From positions 105,951,234 through 106,012,334 of the forward strand of contig NC_068985.1 of assembly GCF_001194135.2 (NCBI RefSeq): a stretch of 61,101 nucleotides of DNA. Direction: 5' to 3'. The translations under genes were made by a program, and so were the position numbers. Origin of the DNA: Octopus bimaculoides (lineage: Eukaryota). The notes below the pieces were generated by a model. That model searched no databases. It was not told the DNA's origin and was given only the letters and a program-made list of their open reading frames with translations. Positions 1-12,107 of the stretch are shown one piece after another (position 1 is the first letter of the stretch; each line of letters begins with the position of its first letter).

Positions 1-3
1 CGT

Positions 4-354
4 GTATAAGGGATGACCACTAGGTAGACATCCAATATGCTAGAAAGAGGTCATCAACGACCCAACCACAAAGAAAAATAATGTTCTCCAGAAAAATTTC
101 GCAAAACACCAGAACAGGACAAAATGAGAAATATACAGAATAAAGAATTATCTATGGACTGCAGTTTTGAACATTAACATTTTACTTACGTAACAACATC
201 TGTGTTCTCATCAGCATAGACGTTCTAGAATCAATATAATTTGCATATAGTTCTACCGATTACATTGGGGCTAACATTATTTATCTTTGTGGTTGGGTCG
301 TTGATGACCTCTTTCTAGCATATTGGATGTCCACCTAGTGGTCATCCCTTATAC
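4..354. mobile_element. Fold-back/MITE element with about 80-bp terminal inverted repeats
   Basis: 4-85 (GTATAAGGGATGACCACTAGG...) is the near-perfect reverse complement of 273-354. Confidence 0.8.
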
Positions 355-912
355 ATGTATATATATAGATACACACACACACACATATATATATTATATT
401 AATCAATGAAATTCCAAGTTACTCTGATTTTCATGTTTTCTGATTTACAATATTCTTTTCTACTCTAGGCACAAGGCCCAATAGGGGAGGGGGCCAGTTG
501 ATTAGATCAACCCCAGTATGCAACTGGTATTTAATTTATCAATCCTGAAAGGATGAAAGGCAAAGCTAACCTCAACGGAATTTGAACTCAGAACATAAAG
601 ACAGATGAAATAATTTTACAATATTGAAATAAATAAATACTTTCATGCATTATGCAATCATCAGGTTTATGTAGTGACAGTCGTGTTCCACCATTGAAAG
701 TACTAGTTTATTTCAATATTGTAAAAATTGTAAATAATAAAATGTGAAAATTAGACTAAGTTGGAATTTCATTGATTAATATATTCTTTTATACACAACC
801 ATACAAACTTAGATATACATGTATATATATTCATCAGCTTTTGATAATATAGTATATTCTAGAAATAATACATTTCTAAATCTCTCAGAGAGATTTATGC
901 AGTAGTGATACG

Positions 913-1234
913 ATGAAGTAGTTGTATGCTGTCAACTTAATGTAACAGTCCCATGAAGGGAATAATACTACTGTTGGTTAGACCTAGGAAGCTGCACCAC
1001 TTCCTGTCAGCCTTGACACATTTCCTGTGTCCTTATGTTTACAAGAGGGAGACAAGCACTTCCACCCAGCTAAGCCTGCATCCAGAGACATGTTTCTGAG
1101 TCTTTGCTTGTAAACATAAGGACACATGTGTCAAGGCCGACAGGAAGCAGTGCAGCTTCTTAGGTCTAAACAACAGTAATATTATTCCCTTCATGGGACT
1201 GTCACATTAAGTTGACAGCATACAACTACTTCAT
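913..1234. mobile_element. Fold-back element with about 130-bp inverted arms
   Basis: 913 to about 1050 (ATGAAGTAGTTGTATGCTGTCAAC...) is the reverse complement of about 1107-1234, with a few transitions. Confidence 0.85.
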
Positions 1235-1283
1235 AATATATTCTGTTGCTCACTAGTTTCCATCTGCTTCTATTCTTTCGCAG

Positions 1284-2664
1284 CCAACCATGGTGACATC
1301 TTTAAAGAAGCCTTTATTGAACATTATGAGAGTGTTGAACCTGTCAGCTATTTAAGACTCATCCAAGATGTGTGTTACAAGAAACTAGAACAGTGTCAAC
1401 ATGATGAGAACCAAGCCAATGTAAGTCTCCTTTTTGTTCACAAAGTGTTTTGACATAAACAATAGAAGTCGAGGAAAGTGTAATCAAAATAAATGGGATC
1501 AGTTTTATAGTTTAGACTTCACAGCAAACTTCCTTCAACCTGTGTTGTTTCAACCCTGATCCAGCGAAAACATGTTTGAGACAGAGAAAAATTGGAAGAT
1601 TGTTGACTGGATATGAAATATCCAGATTTTAAATAAATTTTCTAATCTTTGCGTGAATGAGAAAATTAGTTTATTGGGATGATTGTTTTTACAGCAAGAT
1701 ATGATATGCCTTTCTACTACTAGCTCAATATCCAAATGTACCTGCGTTTTACTGTTAGTATAATGGGAGTTATCTACCTTGACTAGTTCAGCACCTTAAC
1801 CTCACACTGCAATTATTTTAGTATAATGGCATTGGTAAACGTTTCCCAAAGCCCGAAGGAACTCTGTTGTACGCATCTTATTTGTACCTGACAAAATTTC
1901 TTTTATATTCTAATTAATTAATAACCTTCCCTTACTTTATCTCGACATTTTGGGACAATCAGAGTGACCCAGTTTGACCCTCATCACAGGATGCCAAAAC
2001 AATCCATGCTGTTCCAGTTTCACTGAGGTTAAATACCTATGGATACTACCCTGTATATTTATTTATTCTGTATCCATTTCAGCTCATTAACTTGTTTTGG
2101 GTCCTTAAATATTGCTTTCCGCAGACAAAGCAGATATTCCCCATTCACTACCCTTTGTCTCTGGAAACTCCTTAAGATTGTTGAGCTCCAGATTTCCTAA
2201 TCAAGATGCCAGTTTATTTAAGGTTACCAGTTATCAGGTACCTATGCTATACAGAACTTAAATGTACTGCAAATCAGGGGATTTGAATTTAAAGAAAATT
2301 TAGTACAAATGGGTGCTGAAAAGTTCCTGGCTTTGAGTAAAAGAAAATACAGGAGGACCAGTTAATTATGATTTTATTCAACATATTCCCACTTACTGCA
2401 GCAGTCCTTCAGATTTTCTAAGCCCCGTAAAAGAACTGAAGGTTGGGCTTCCAACTAGGCCTTTCACAATACCCTTAAAACTAGGAACTTTTCAGCACCT
2501 CCTCATATTTGTTAGTCCATCTTCTCCTCTTAGTGTTTGTTAAAAATCTTTTATATTGGTTATTTTTCCGTCAGGTGGAACCTGTCAAGTTTAATGCTGA
2601 TAACCAAATGGAAATTGTTGAAACCAAAAACCTAAGAACCTTGCAGCCAACCGAAGAGCAGTGA
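1284..2664 (+). CDS. 3' end of an unidentified protein-coding gene (last two coding exons; upstream exons outside the window or not found)
   Basis: Exon 1284-1420: polypyrimidine tract+CAG acceptor, GTAAGT donor, open as xNHGDIFKEAFIEHYESVEPVSYLRLIQDVCYKKLEQCQHDENQAN. It splices in phase 0 to exon 2575-2664 (ttttccgtcag acceptor; VEPVKFNADNQMEIVETKNLRTLQPTEEQ*). Protein family not recognised. Confidence 0.7.
2304..2507. mobile_element. Tc1/mariner-type MITE
   Basis: TIRs GGTGCTGAAAAGTTCCTGG / CTAGGAACTTTTCAGCACC, bounded by TA. Confidence 0.7.
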
Positions 2665-3039
2665 TAAAACTCATGGTTCCTTGAGTGTAGGATTGGAAAC
2701 TTAACTGTAGAATAGTAGAGACCAGTACACTGTGCTTCTGGGATGTTCAAGATCTGGTCTAAACTTTGTTGCTACTTTTTGGCAAACATTTTCAAAATAT
2801 ATTTAATCTCTCTGTATAATTATATTGTCATTTTTTAACATCCACTTTTCCATGCTTGCATGGGTCAGACAGAATTCAAGCTGATTTTCTATGGCCAGAT
2901 ACTCAATCAACCATTTCCACAGGATTGGAGATGAACGACACCACTTGTAAGACAGTGACACTTGTTTACAACCACAATGCAATGTCAAGACAAAGAGACA
3001 CAAACATCAACATGACAGGCTGCATTGAGTTTCTTATTT

Positions 3040-3250
3040 CTTTATTGCCCACAAGGGGCTAAACATAGAGAGGACAAACAAAAGGATTAAGTCGATTACA
3101 TCGACCCCAGTGCATAACTGGTACTTAATTTATCAACCCCGAAAGGATGAAAGGCAGTCGACCTCGGCGGAATTTGAACTCAGAACGTAGCAACAGACGA
3201 AATACCGCTAAGTATTTCACCTAACGTTTCTGCCAGCTCACTGCCTTAAG
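3040..3250 (-). mobile_element. tRNA-derived SINE (family 3)
   Basis: ATCGACCCCAG..CTGGTACTTAATTTAT..CCCCGAAAGGATGAAAGGC..GGCGGAATTTGAACTCAGAACG; other copies at about 452-612, 30270-30480, 30610-30830, 44450-44660, 51690-51890, 59170-59400. Confidence 0.8.
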
Positions 3251-4796
3251 TTTGTCGACCAAATCCACTGAAACATCGAATCAGCCTGGGGCTATTGTAG
3301 AAAACACTTGCCCAAGGTTCCAGTGGGATTCAACTGCAACCATGTTGTCAGGAAGCAAACTTCTCAACCACAAGCTTAGTGGATGCAGATCAGTAGTCTA
3401 GCCTGTTGACTATGTTTCACTCTGTAACCATTATCATAGTTATAATGTCCACTTTCTCAGGCTTGTATGGGTCACACAGAATTTGTTGAGACAGTTTCCA
3501 TAACCAGATGTTCCTTCTATTGCCAACACGCAACTGTTTCTGAGCAAGGTAATATTTCACTGTAGCCAGACTTGTTTCTCAGAAGACTGGAAACAGATAC
3601 TGCTTGTATGACAGTGACATCCATTTACAACTATCATGCTATATGACAAGGAAACAAACACACATGCATACTTATATGGCAAGCTTCTTTGTTAACCTAC
3701 ATTTTAGTGGGTTCATTTTTAGAACTTCAATGTTCATACACCTACTTTCACATGTCAAAGCCCTAACCTACTTTTTCACCACCACCCCAAACTTTGTAAG
3801 GGAAGATCAACAGACAGCAAGATTATTCAGCCATAAAATATTGCTTTAAACAAGTGGCCTGTCCAACCCTTGCTAATTTTGAAAAATGGACATTGAATAA
3901 ACTAAAGATTAACAGTTAAATGAGGCAAAATTTAAAACATTCATAAAATTATCTATTGTAATATATATTTTGCCATTAATAAATTTCACTCTGTAAAATT
4001 CTCGAGTTATTTTTTTTTATACTGACCTGCCCAAAACCACAAACTTGTTTTAAAGCAGTCATCACTTTAAAAAAGAGCATTTCATGCTAATTCATGTTCC
4101 AAACACCTGCTTAATAACAAATTTATTTTCAAAATAAGGCAGTATATTTCAACTTTTGACATAAGTTGATGCTTCATTACAAATTTTTTAGAAGAATTTT
4201 ATGGAGGTTCATTGTTAGTATTCAGGACCAGAGGCCGTCTTCAACAGGTTGGTATCATCTAGTTAATTCAGCATGAATTCTACTTAAAGATTATTTTCAA
4301 CAAATACATGTAAGTAAAGTAACTGTTGTTGGTGGAAAAGTAGGTCTTTGATGACTAAGTGTGAGTGCCTTCTTAATTATATTTCTAATCAGAAGTTGGC
4401 AAAGTTGTTAATGTCAGACAAAATGCTTCATGGGATTGAGTTTTTCTCTCTGAGTTCAGATCCCACCACAATCAACTTCACCTTTCAGGGTTAAGAAAGA
4501 AAAAGAAAAGTTCCAGTTCAAGGTAGTGGATTAATGGAATTCAAAGGAAGTAGAAATGAATGCCTCGTGCTATTGGTTTCAGCTCTTAGCGTTCTGGATT
4601 CAAATCCCACCATGACCTACCCAAATGGTAAACTTAACTTGTTGCCTGCTATAGCACTATCACCTTGGGGGCTTCTATTAAAGTTCACTCTACTAAGTGC
4701 ATGGCCTAGTGTTAAGGGTGGTGCACTCATGAACATGAGATCATGGGTTCGATTCCTGGATTGGGCAGTGTGTTCTTGAGCAGAACATTATCTCAC

Positions 4797-5976
4797 ACTA
4801 GCAGTATAGCCCGGCGCTGCTCGGGATTAAGCTAGGATTATTAAATGATCAAGTGCTTTATTTTAAACCAAAATAAGTAACATGGACATCAGATTTGAGC
4901 GAAATCTGTTGAAATTGGTTTGGCTGAAAATGGTTTGCTGGCAATTTAATTGGGAAATCCCATAAGGAATCAGTTTATTGGTTATTTCCACTCATTGACT
5001 GTTTTTTTTAAAGTTGCATTAGAGATCTGCATAGGAAAAGGTTGATCTGAAGGCTTGCATTGGGGATGTGAATTGGAGTAACTTAGGAAAACTTACCAAC
5101 AGCCTTAACAAAAAAATAAGGGGTCTGTCCCTTCTAGGTTAACTCTAACCCTAANNNNNNNNNNNNNNNNNNNNNNNNNNNNNNNNNNNNNNNNNNNNNN
5201 NNNNNNNNNNNNNNNNNNNNNNNNNNNNNNNNNNNNNNNNNNNNNNNNNNNNNNNNNNNNNNNNNNNNNNNNNNNNNNNNNNNNNNNNNNNNNNNNNNNN
5301 NNNNNNNNNNNNNNNNNNNNNNNNNNNNNNNNNNNNNNNNNNNGTTTTTGTTTCATAGTTGTGAAATATAAACAAAACTCTTTCGCTCCCAAAGTAGTAT
5401 ATATGAGGAGGGAGAAAGATGAACGATTTAAAATAAATATATTTGAATTGTGTGAGAAAGTATATATAATCTCATTATAGAATATAGTGTCTTTCAAAAA
5501 CATCGTATATTTTAAACTATATCTCATGTTTAAGAAAAAAAAATGCCTTTTACATTTTACACTTTGTCTTAACTACATTTTCATTCCTAATATGCTTTCT
5601 GCCTCCCTTTCCACATTTCCGTTCTTTTGTTTTGTTTTTTTATTTAGACACTAGCAAAGTAAACTCTTAGCAAACACTGTACCCCCTCCCCCAGTCACAA
5701 ACACACTATTTCTTTCTTTCTTTCTCTCTCTCCTTCACGTGCGTACACACAGATTTGACTTCGCCATGTCAACAAACTTCAAAATTCGTAAAAGTTTATC
5801 GATTTTTACAGCTATACGCGGGTGCCTCTGAGAGAAAAAAATTGGCCAAAATGCACATAAGGTCATTCCGAATCTCCTCCTAAAATTGGAGCGACATGCG
5901 TGCTAATTTGTGGACGTGCATAAACAACATTCAGGTACACACACACACAAACATCTGTTTTATAGATATAGAGATA
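4797..5976 (+). mobile_element. Non-autonomous Helitron/HINE-like element spanning an assembly gap
   Basis: 5' ACTAGCAGTATAGCCCGGCGCTGCTCGGG hairpin head; 3' (CA)n...TTTTATAGATATAGAGATAG tail; appears inserted into a SINE fragment. Confidence 0.5.
5155..5343. other. Assembly gap (N run)
   Basis: N characters. Confidence 1.
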
Positions 5977-7576
5977 GCTGTATGATTACTGACAACTGAT
6001 GTGTAGCACACTGTGCACCTGTATAGGAAATGTCTATTTGATGAAAGGAGTGAACTAATGTGCAGTACAAACACTGATCAGTATAAAATCGTCTGTGCAA
6101 GCTGTTTCCTTGGATCAAGTGACAACCATTAAAATTTAAAGATTAAACTCAGTTGCAAGCATTTAGGCTGAACTGCTAATTTGAAGATACCTTCTTCCCT
6201 TCTGTCCACCAGCCTAGGAGGCCCTGTGAATAAATGTTCATGGACACATTGTTCCCTGATTAACCATCATTTTAACACCTACTGTTCCATACTTGCATAG
6301 GTTAGAATACACCTGGTATACACTTCTATTTAATTCTATAAATTGTTCATTTAAGACCAGTTTTTCTAAGACAATTTTATTTTTATTTATTAATATATTG
6401 AAGCCATATGTGGACTGCAACAAAAGTTCTTATAGAAATCTACAACATAGTTTGCCTCAAAACTATAATTACAGATAAAATAAGTAAAATTTAAAATTAT
6501 CTCAATTCTACATAAATGCCAACTTTCATGTGCATATTATTAGCCTTGAATGGATATGGGTAACTATTGTAAAATACTGTAATTTATCAATGTCTGAAGG
6601 AAATTACTAAGTAAAATAAATTCACATATACCCCATTGATTCATTTTAATATGCATTTTTCCATGTTTGCATGGGTCAGACGGAATTTGCAAGGGAAATT
6701 TTCAGCAAAATTTGTCACATATAGAGTAAAATTATATGTAATTTAAAAAATTGAAAATTTAAGTTGAAACTCCACAGCAGTTATTTCTTGATTTGAAAAC
6801 CCTTTACATTCAGAAATTGTCTTTCCCAAGTCCAGAACTCACTTTATAATTTTCATCTACATACTTAAAACATATTAGTAGAAAATTTTGTTAAAAAAAC
6901 ATCCGTTTTTCATAAAGTTATAAGGTCAGAAAACAACAGGGCACACACTTCTACAGTTATGCACTAAATGTATTTAGAGAAAGTGAGTACTCTTAGATGA
7001 ATAAAGAATACAAGGAAAGTAAGATGTAACAGGAGATAAATTTACACAAGTTGGGAATCAAATGTGTAAATATCATTTAGCAACTAACAGAAAACAGACC
7101 AGGTGATCGATCAGCTATTACTGCTAATGTAATATGATTGATGTCAATATTTTGTGTAAAAGAAAAAGTTACTGAATAGGTAAATCCAGATTGTTTCGTG
7201 TATTTTGGTGACAGTCTTAAAAATTTTGTTTGGTTTTTGTAATTGTGAAATTTTTTCGCCATGAACGGTTTGTGTTTTTAAACCGAATGTATTTTTTCTT
7301 ATGTTATATTTATTCCTGAATGATGTGTAAAGAAATTTTGATTTATTAAGTCTCTTAATGAATTCTTTATACTGAAATATATATTGAAGAGAAATATGTT
7401 CATTTGAATATATACGTTTTTGCGTCGTAACTCCTTTATTATTATTATTTATATATATATATAACTTTATAATAATTACAGTACTTTTATGTCATTAAAT
7501 GTAGCCAAAACTGGAGATAAATGACTAACACAACAAAAGACTTACAGAGCAAAATTTATTAACATGCCATGAAAAT

Positions 7577-7655
7577 TTATTTTTTCATGCCTTCTTGTGC
7601 CTTCAGTACACGGACCACAATCTTCTGTTCTTCAATAAGGAATGCTCGCACAATC
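7577..7655 (-). CDS. RPL34: RPL34 last coding exon (RIVRAFLIEEQKIVVRVLKAQEGMKK*)
   Basis: Poly-T+CAG acceptor, TAA stop, AATAAA 17 nt downstream. Confidence 0.97.
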
Positions 7656-10600
7656 CTGGTTAAAAAAAAAAAAAAAGTTTCATAGTAATACAAAAAAATA
7701 CACAGAAGAATGTGTAGAGTATAATCAATTGCTGATGATACTCCTGGATGACAGAGGTAAAAGTCAGGTAAACTATGAAAGATTCAAAAGATTTGGGATT
7801 GGTCACAGCAAAAATACAATGAAAATAAAACGTAATACGACAAGTCTCCTTTCTTCAACATTAGGTTAATTAAACTATTTTACAAAGTGAATTGTATTTT
7901 ATGCTAATTAAGCATAAGCTTTGATCTAAAAAGATATTCCAGCTATTATGACTAATTAAGATAGTAGAGATTTGACTGCTATTTCTAATAACTTAAATGA
8001 CCACATAGGGGCTCATTTGTGTTTGAATTTGATATTAATTGAAAAAGCACATCTGAATCTTAAGTTAGACAGCAACCCAGTGTTTTATCAGAAGTCTGAT
8101 AAATCAGCAATGTTATCATAGGATATGTTCCTGACCATAACATCTGACAAGAATTTGTATATAAAATTACAATGGAATTTTGATGCTTAATAATAAGTAT
8201 TTTAGAGGAATTTAAATGAAGGTTGATTGTTTGATTATTAAGCTATTCAGGACCAGAGGCCATCTTGGACAGGCTGGTATCACAAGGGCTACACTATCTA
8301 GTTAACTAATTCAGCATGAAAGGGAAAACTGTGATGTGAATGCAGCAAAAAAGTGTATCCATATATGGTTAACAATCATAAAAATTAAAAAAAAAGTTAC
8401 AAGTTACATTGAAAGTTTATACATTCTAGAATGTAGAAGACTATTTGAACAAGGATCCTCTTATAAGGATTCTAAACTTTGAAGTAATTATTTACTGTAA
8501 GTAGCCAAGTTTACCAACATAACATGATACCTTTTTAAACTTTTAGGTATCAACCAGCTTGAAATCAGCACTGGTTCTATGATTTAAAATTCAGAATTGT
8601 CATTTTAAACATCAACCTACTAAGTCTTATTTTAAAAATTAAATGAAACAGGCAGAATATTTCTTAGGTGATCAACACCATAATATCTAGAAGTTAACCA
8701 GAACAAACCATTGCAAAATGGGACATTGCCAAAGTACCAAAACCATCTCTCATTCAATTAGTTAAAAACTCAGTCAAAAGTCAGTGAAGCACACTAGAAT
8801 CAAAATAGTGAATCATAGCCCAGTGCTTAAGTCATCATATTTGACCAATTCAACGACACCAAACAAAAATTTCTTATAATCCCAGATTATATGCTTTCAG
8901 CTATTTTTATTTACAGGAAAGGAATACGATTCATAATTTAAATAAGGAAATTTGTGAACTTTGAATGTATAAGAGTATTGACGAGTGTAAAATAGTGTAA
9001 ACAACTAAAATAAAAGTATATGTAAATAATTTTTTTTTCTTAATATTTTATATGTAGTGGTCGAAGGAAACTCTGGCTTTTGTTAGGAGTGGTCCGCATA
9101 ACCATTCATAATACAGAGACTGGGAGCCTATTTCAGTGCAGAAGTGAATTGTCAGCACTTCACTTAGCCGCAAACACACCATATAGCTGCAATAGACTGC
9201 TGTATCACCAACAATGTGATTTCTCTAAGACATCAGCCGGTAACCTATCAAGTCCATTTACACATTTCTCAATACATACTGCTGTTATGACTTCCCTTCC
9301 TTCAAATGAACTCCGTATATCCTACTGGATTTTAAAGAAAAACAAATTTTAGCAGAGAATCTCAAATAATGTAAAGCTATTAAATTTATTACAATAAACT
9401 TTTACCAGTCTGCCATTTCACACAACATCAAAAAGAATCACAAGAAACTCCAATAAACTGTAGATGACCAAAGTTTGTAACACTTCATTCAACTAATCAT
9501 TTTTTTATATGAATACTTGATAAAAGACCAAAAATCTGAACCCATATACCAGCAGTTGGTAAATCTAAATACTGCTGAGTGATACATACAACACCTTTGT
9601 TTCTGACATTGATTCAATGAATTCTTTTTCCTTTATTAGTGTGAATCAATTCCCTACAGGATGAGCATCTGTTATATGACAACATTGGACATCTAGTATC
9701 TGATAAAAGCATTCACCAGTTTAAATTGGAAAATTAAGTCACCATTGGCCATACTATATCTACTATGGCAATACATAAACATTCTCTGGGCAACCTGCTG
9801 CACTGCCATTAACACTCATATTTAGGTTGATAGAAGGTCTACAGTAGACACATATAGCCATAACTTCAAATCTCATCCTGCCCACTGTCAGAGTGGTGTC
9901 ATTCAATAAGCTAAACCTGGTCAAAAGTCAGTGAAGCACTTTAGAATCAGAATCAGTCATAGCCCAGTGCTTAAGTCATCATATTTGACCACATAATTCA
10001 ATAACATCCAAATAATTTACATGTCCTTTCATTCTACAGTTTTAAATAAATGCTCTTAACATGACATACACTATTATTATTAAGCAAAGAAGAGACTGAA
10101 AGATTTTGGCTATATATGCAAAACTTCAAACTACTCAACTGATAGCATGCCAAAAGTTCCCAAACCCCAGATCTCTTTGGACATTTTATCTTCATAGTCT
10201 TATAAAAGATATTCACTGGGCAATCTCTGCAATGCTATCATTAGCACAACCATATATTTGGATTAACAGAAATACCACAGCTGCAGGTCACCAAGGCAGT
10301 CCTTGCAATAACCAGGGGTTGAAAACTCTATAGTTTCAGATAATAAAATGTCAATTGGTTTCAAAATCTGACTTAGCCTCTAAGCTGATAAATGCAATGA
10401 AGTTGTCTCAGATATAGGTTAGTTTGAAAGAATAAGCAAAGTGCAAACACAGACTGCCAAGCTATTTATTGATTCATTAGTTTCATTCATATTTTCTTTA
10501 GATGACTAAGACTATTATCTCAATCAAATTATCAAAACAAATTAGCTGTAGTGAAATTGAAAGAAACTTGTCAAAAATCAGTGAAGCACGCTAGAATCAG

Positions 10601-12064
10601 TTAATCATAGCCCAGTGCTTAAGTCATCATATTTGACCAAGTAATTCAACACCCAAATATTCTTCTACAACCCATGACTAATGGGTTTGTACATCATATT
10701 TGATATCCCTTTTGTGTACATCTAAACATATACAAACACACACACACATCCTGCAGCCTCTAATAGGTTAATTCTTGTCCTGTCTACTATTAGGCACTTA
10801 GCTATACAAATTAGATCAGATTACTTCAGGAAGTGGTCATAAAACATTAAAATTTCCTGCAATAAAGAATTCAATTCTGCAAGGAACCAGTTCAATGAAA
10901 TTTCATGGTACAGTTAGTGTTGTAATATAACTTGACCTTTTAGTTGTATCAGCCAAAATCATTAATACAATTTTCTGAGTACATGAATAACCCTTCAGCA
11001 TTCAGATTACTTTTTTCAAATGTAATGCTTATATATTCACAGTTCTGAATTAATCACACATTATCTTATATTTTTGAGAATTCAATGTGATTATTAATTT
11101 TAAGAATGACTCAGGTAAGGTGTGTGAGGTTGGATCTGGCCAATTTAAACATAAAACAACAAGAATATTTTGACCAGATATGGCCAGTTTAAATGCTAAA
11201 GGGTTAAAGCATACAGAAGGCAATTAATTCTCAGTTATCTGACCAATACGTTGTATATAATTGATTTTAAAGAGAGATAAAGCAAATTAAGCCAGCCCCT
11301 GAACAATTTGAACTTAATACTTCGAGGTAACAAAACTAAAGGCACTTCAGTTATTAAAAGTTAAGCCTGTTGTTTCTACTAATTACAACATATACAAGGA
11401 ATGATTAATTTATGTGAAGCTAGCTCTTCCGTTCCAGTTTCATATATCAAAAACTTTCAGAAACCATAAGCACCTAATTCAAAAGTATTTCACATAAAAT
11501 ATCAAATAGATACACAATAATAACATCAGCCCACCAATAATACTGTTTTAAGAAGATAGTCACAATTCAGTGCTTAATGCATTGTAATTGACAGATAAGT
11601 AGTATATTGAAATATTTATGTTCCCGATATTGGTACAGTGATTAATCCTTACTGCTGCGAAACCTAATACCCACAGAATGAGGACATAATACACTTAGCT
11701 ACAATGTACGATGGTATTCATGACCTCACATTGGTCTCTGAAGTGGCAAATGAAGACATAGCTGCAGGTCGCCAATGTAGTTTATGAATTAATCTGAGGT
11801 TAACATCTCAAGTGATACAATACTGACTGAATTGATTGATTGATTGGAAAGAATGAGCAGAAAAATTTAGATCCCCAAGCAATTTATAAATTCATTGGTT
11901 GAACAGGTCAGATTATCAAAATAAAATAGCTGTAGTAACAAATATTAAAAAACTTGTCAAACATCAGTGAAGCACGCTAGAATCAGACAATTAGTCATAG
12001 CCCAGTGCTTAAAATCATCATATTGGACAAGTAATAGCTAAATATATTTTTACAATAATAACTG

Positions 12065-12107
<43 letters not shown>

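Noticed and set aside
7077-7262. 61-aa minus-strand ORF (MAKKFHNY...) in a mildly CpG-rich patch downstream of RPL34
   Set aside because: No recognisable homology, no clear donor or downstream exons.
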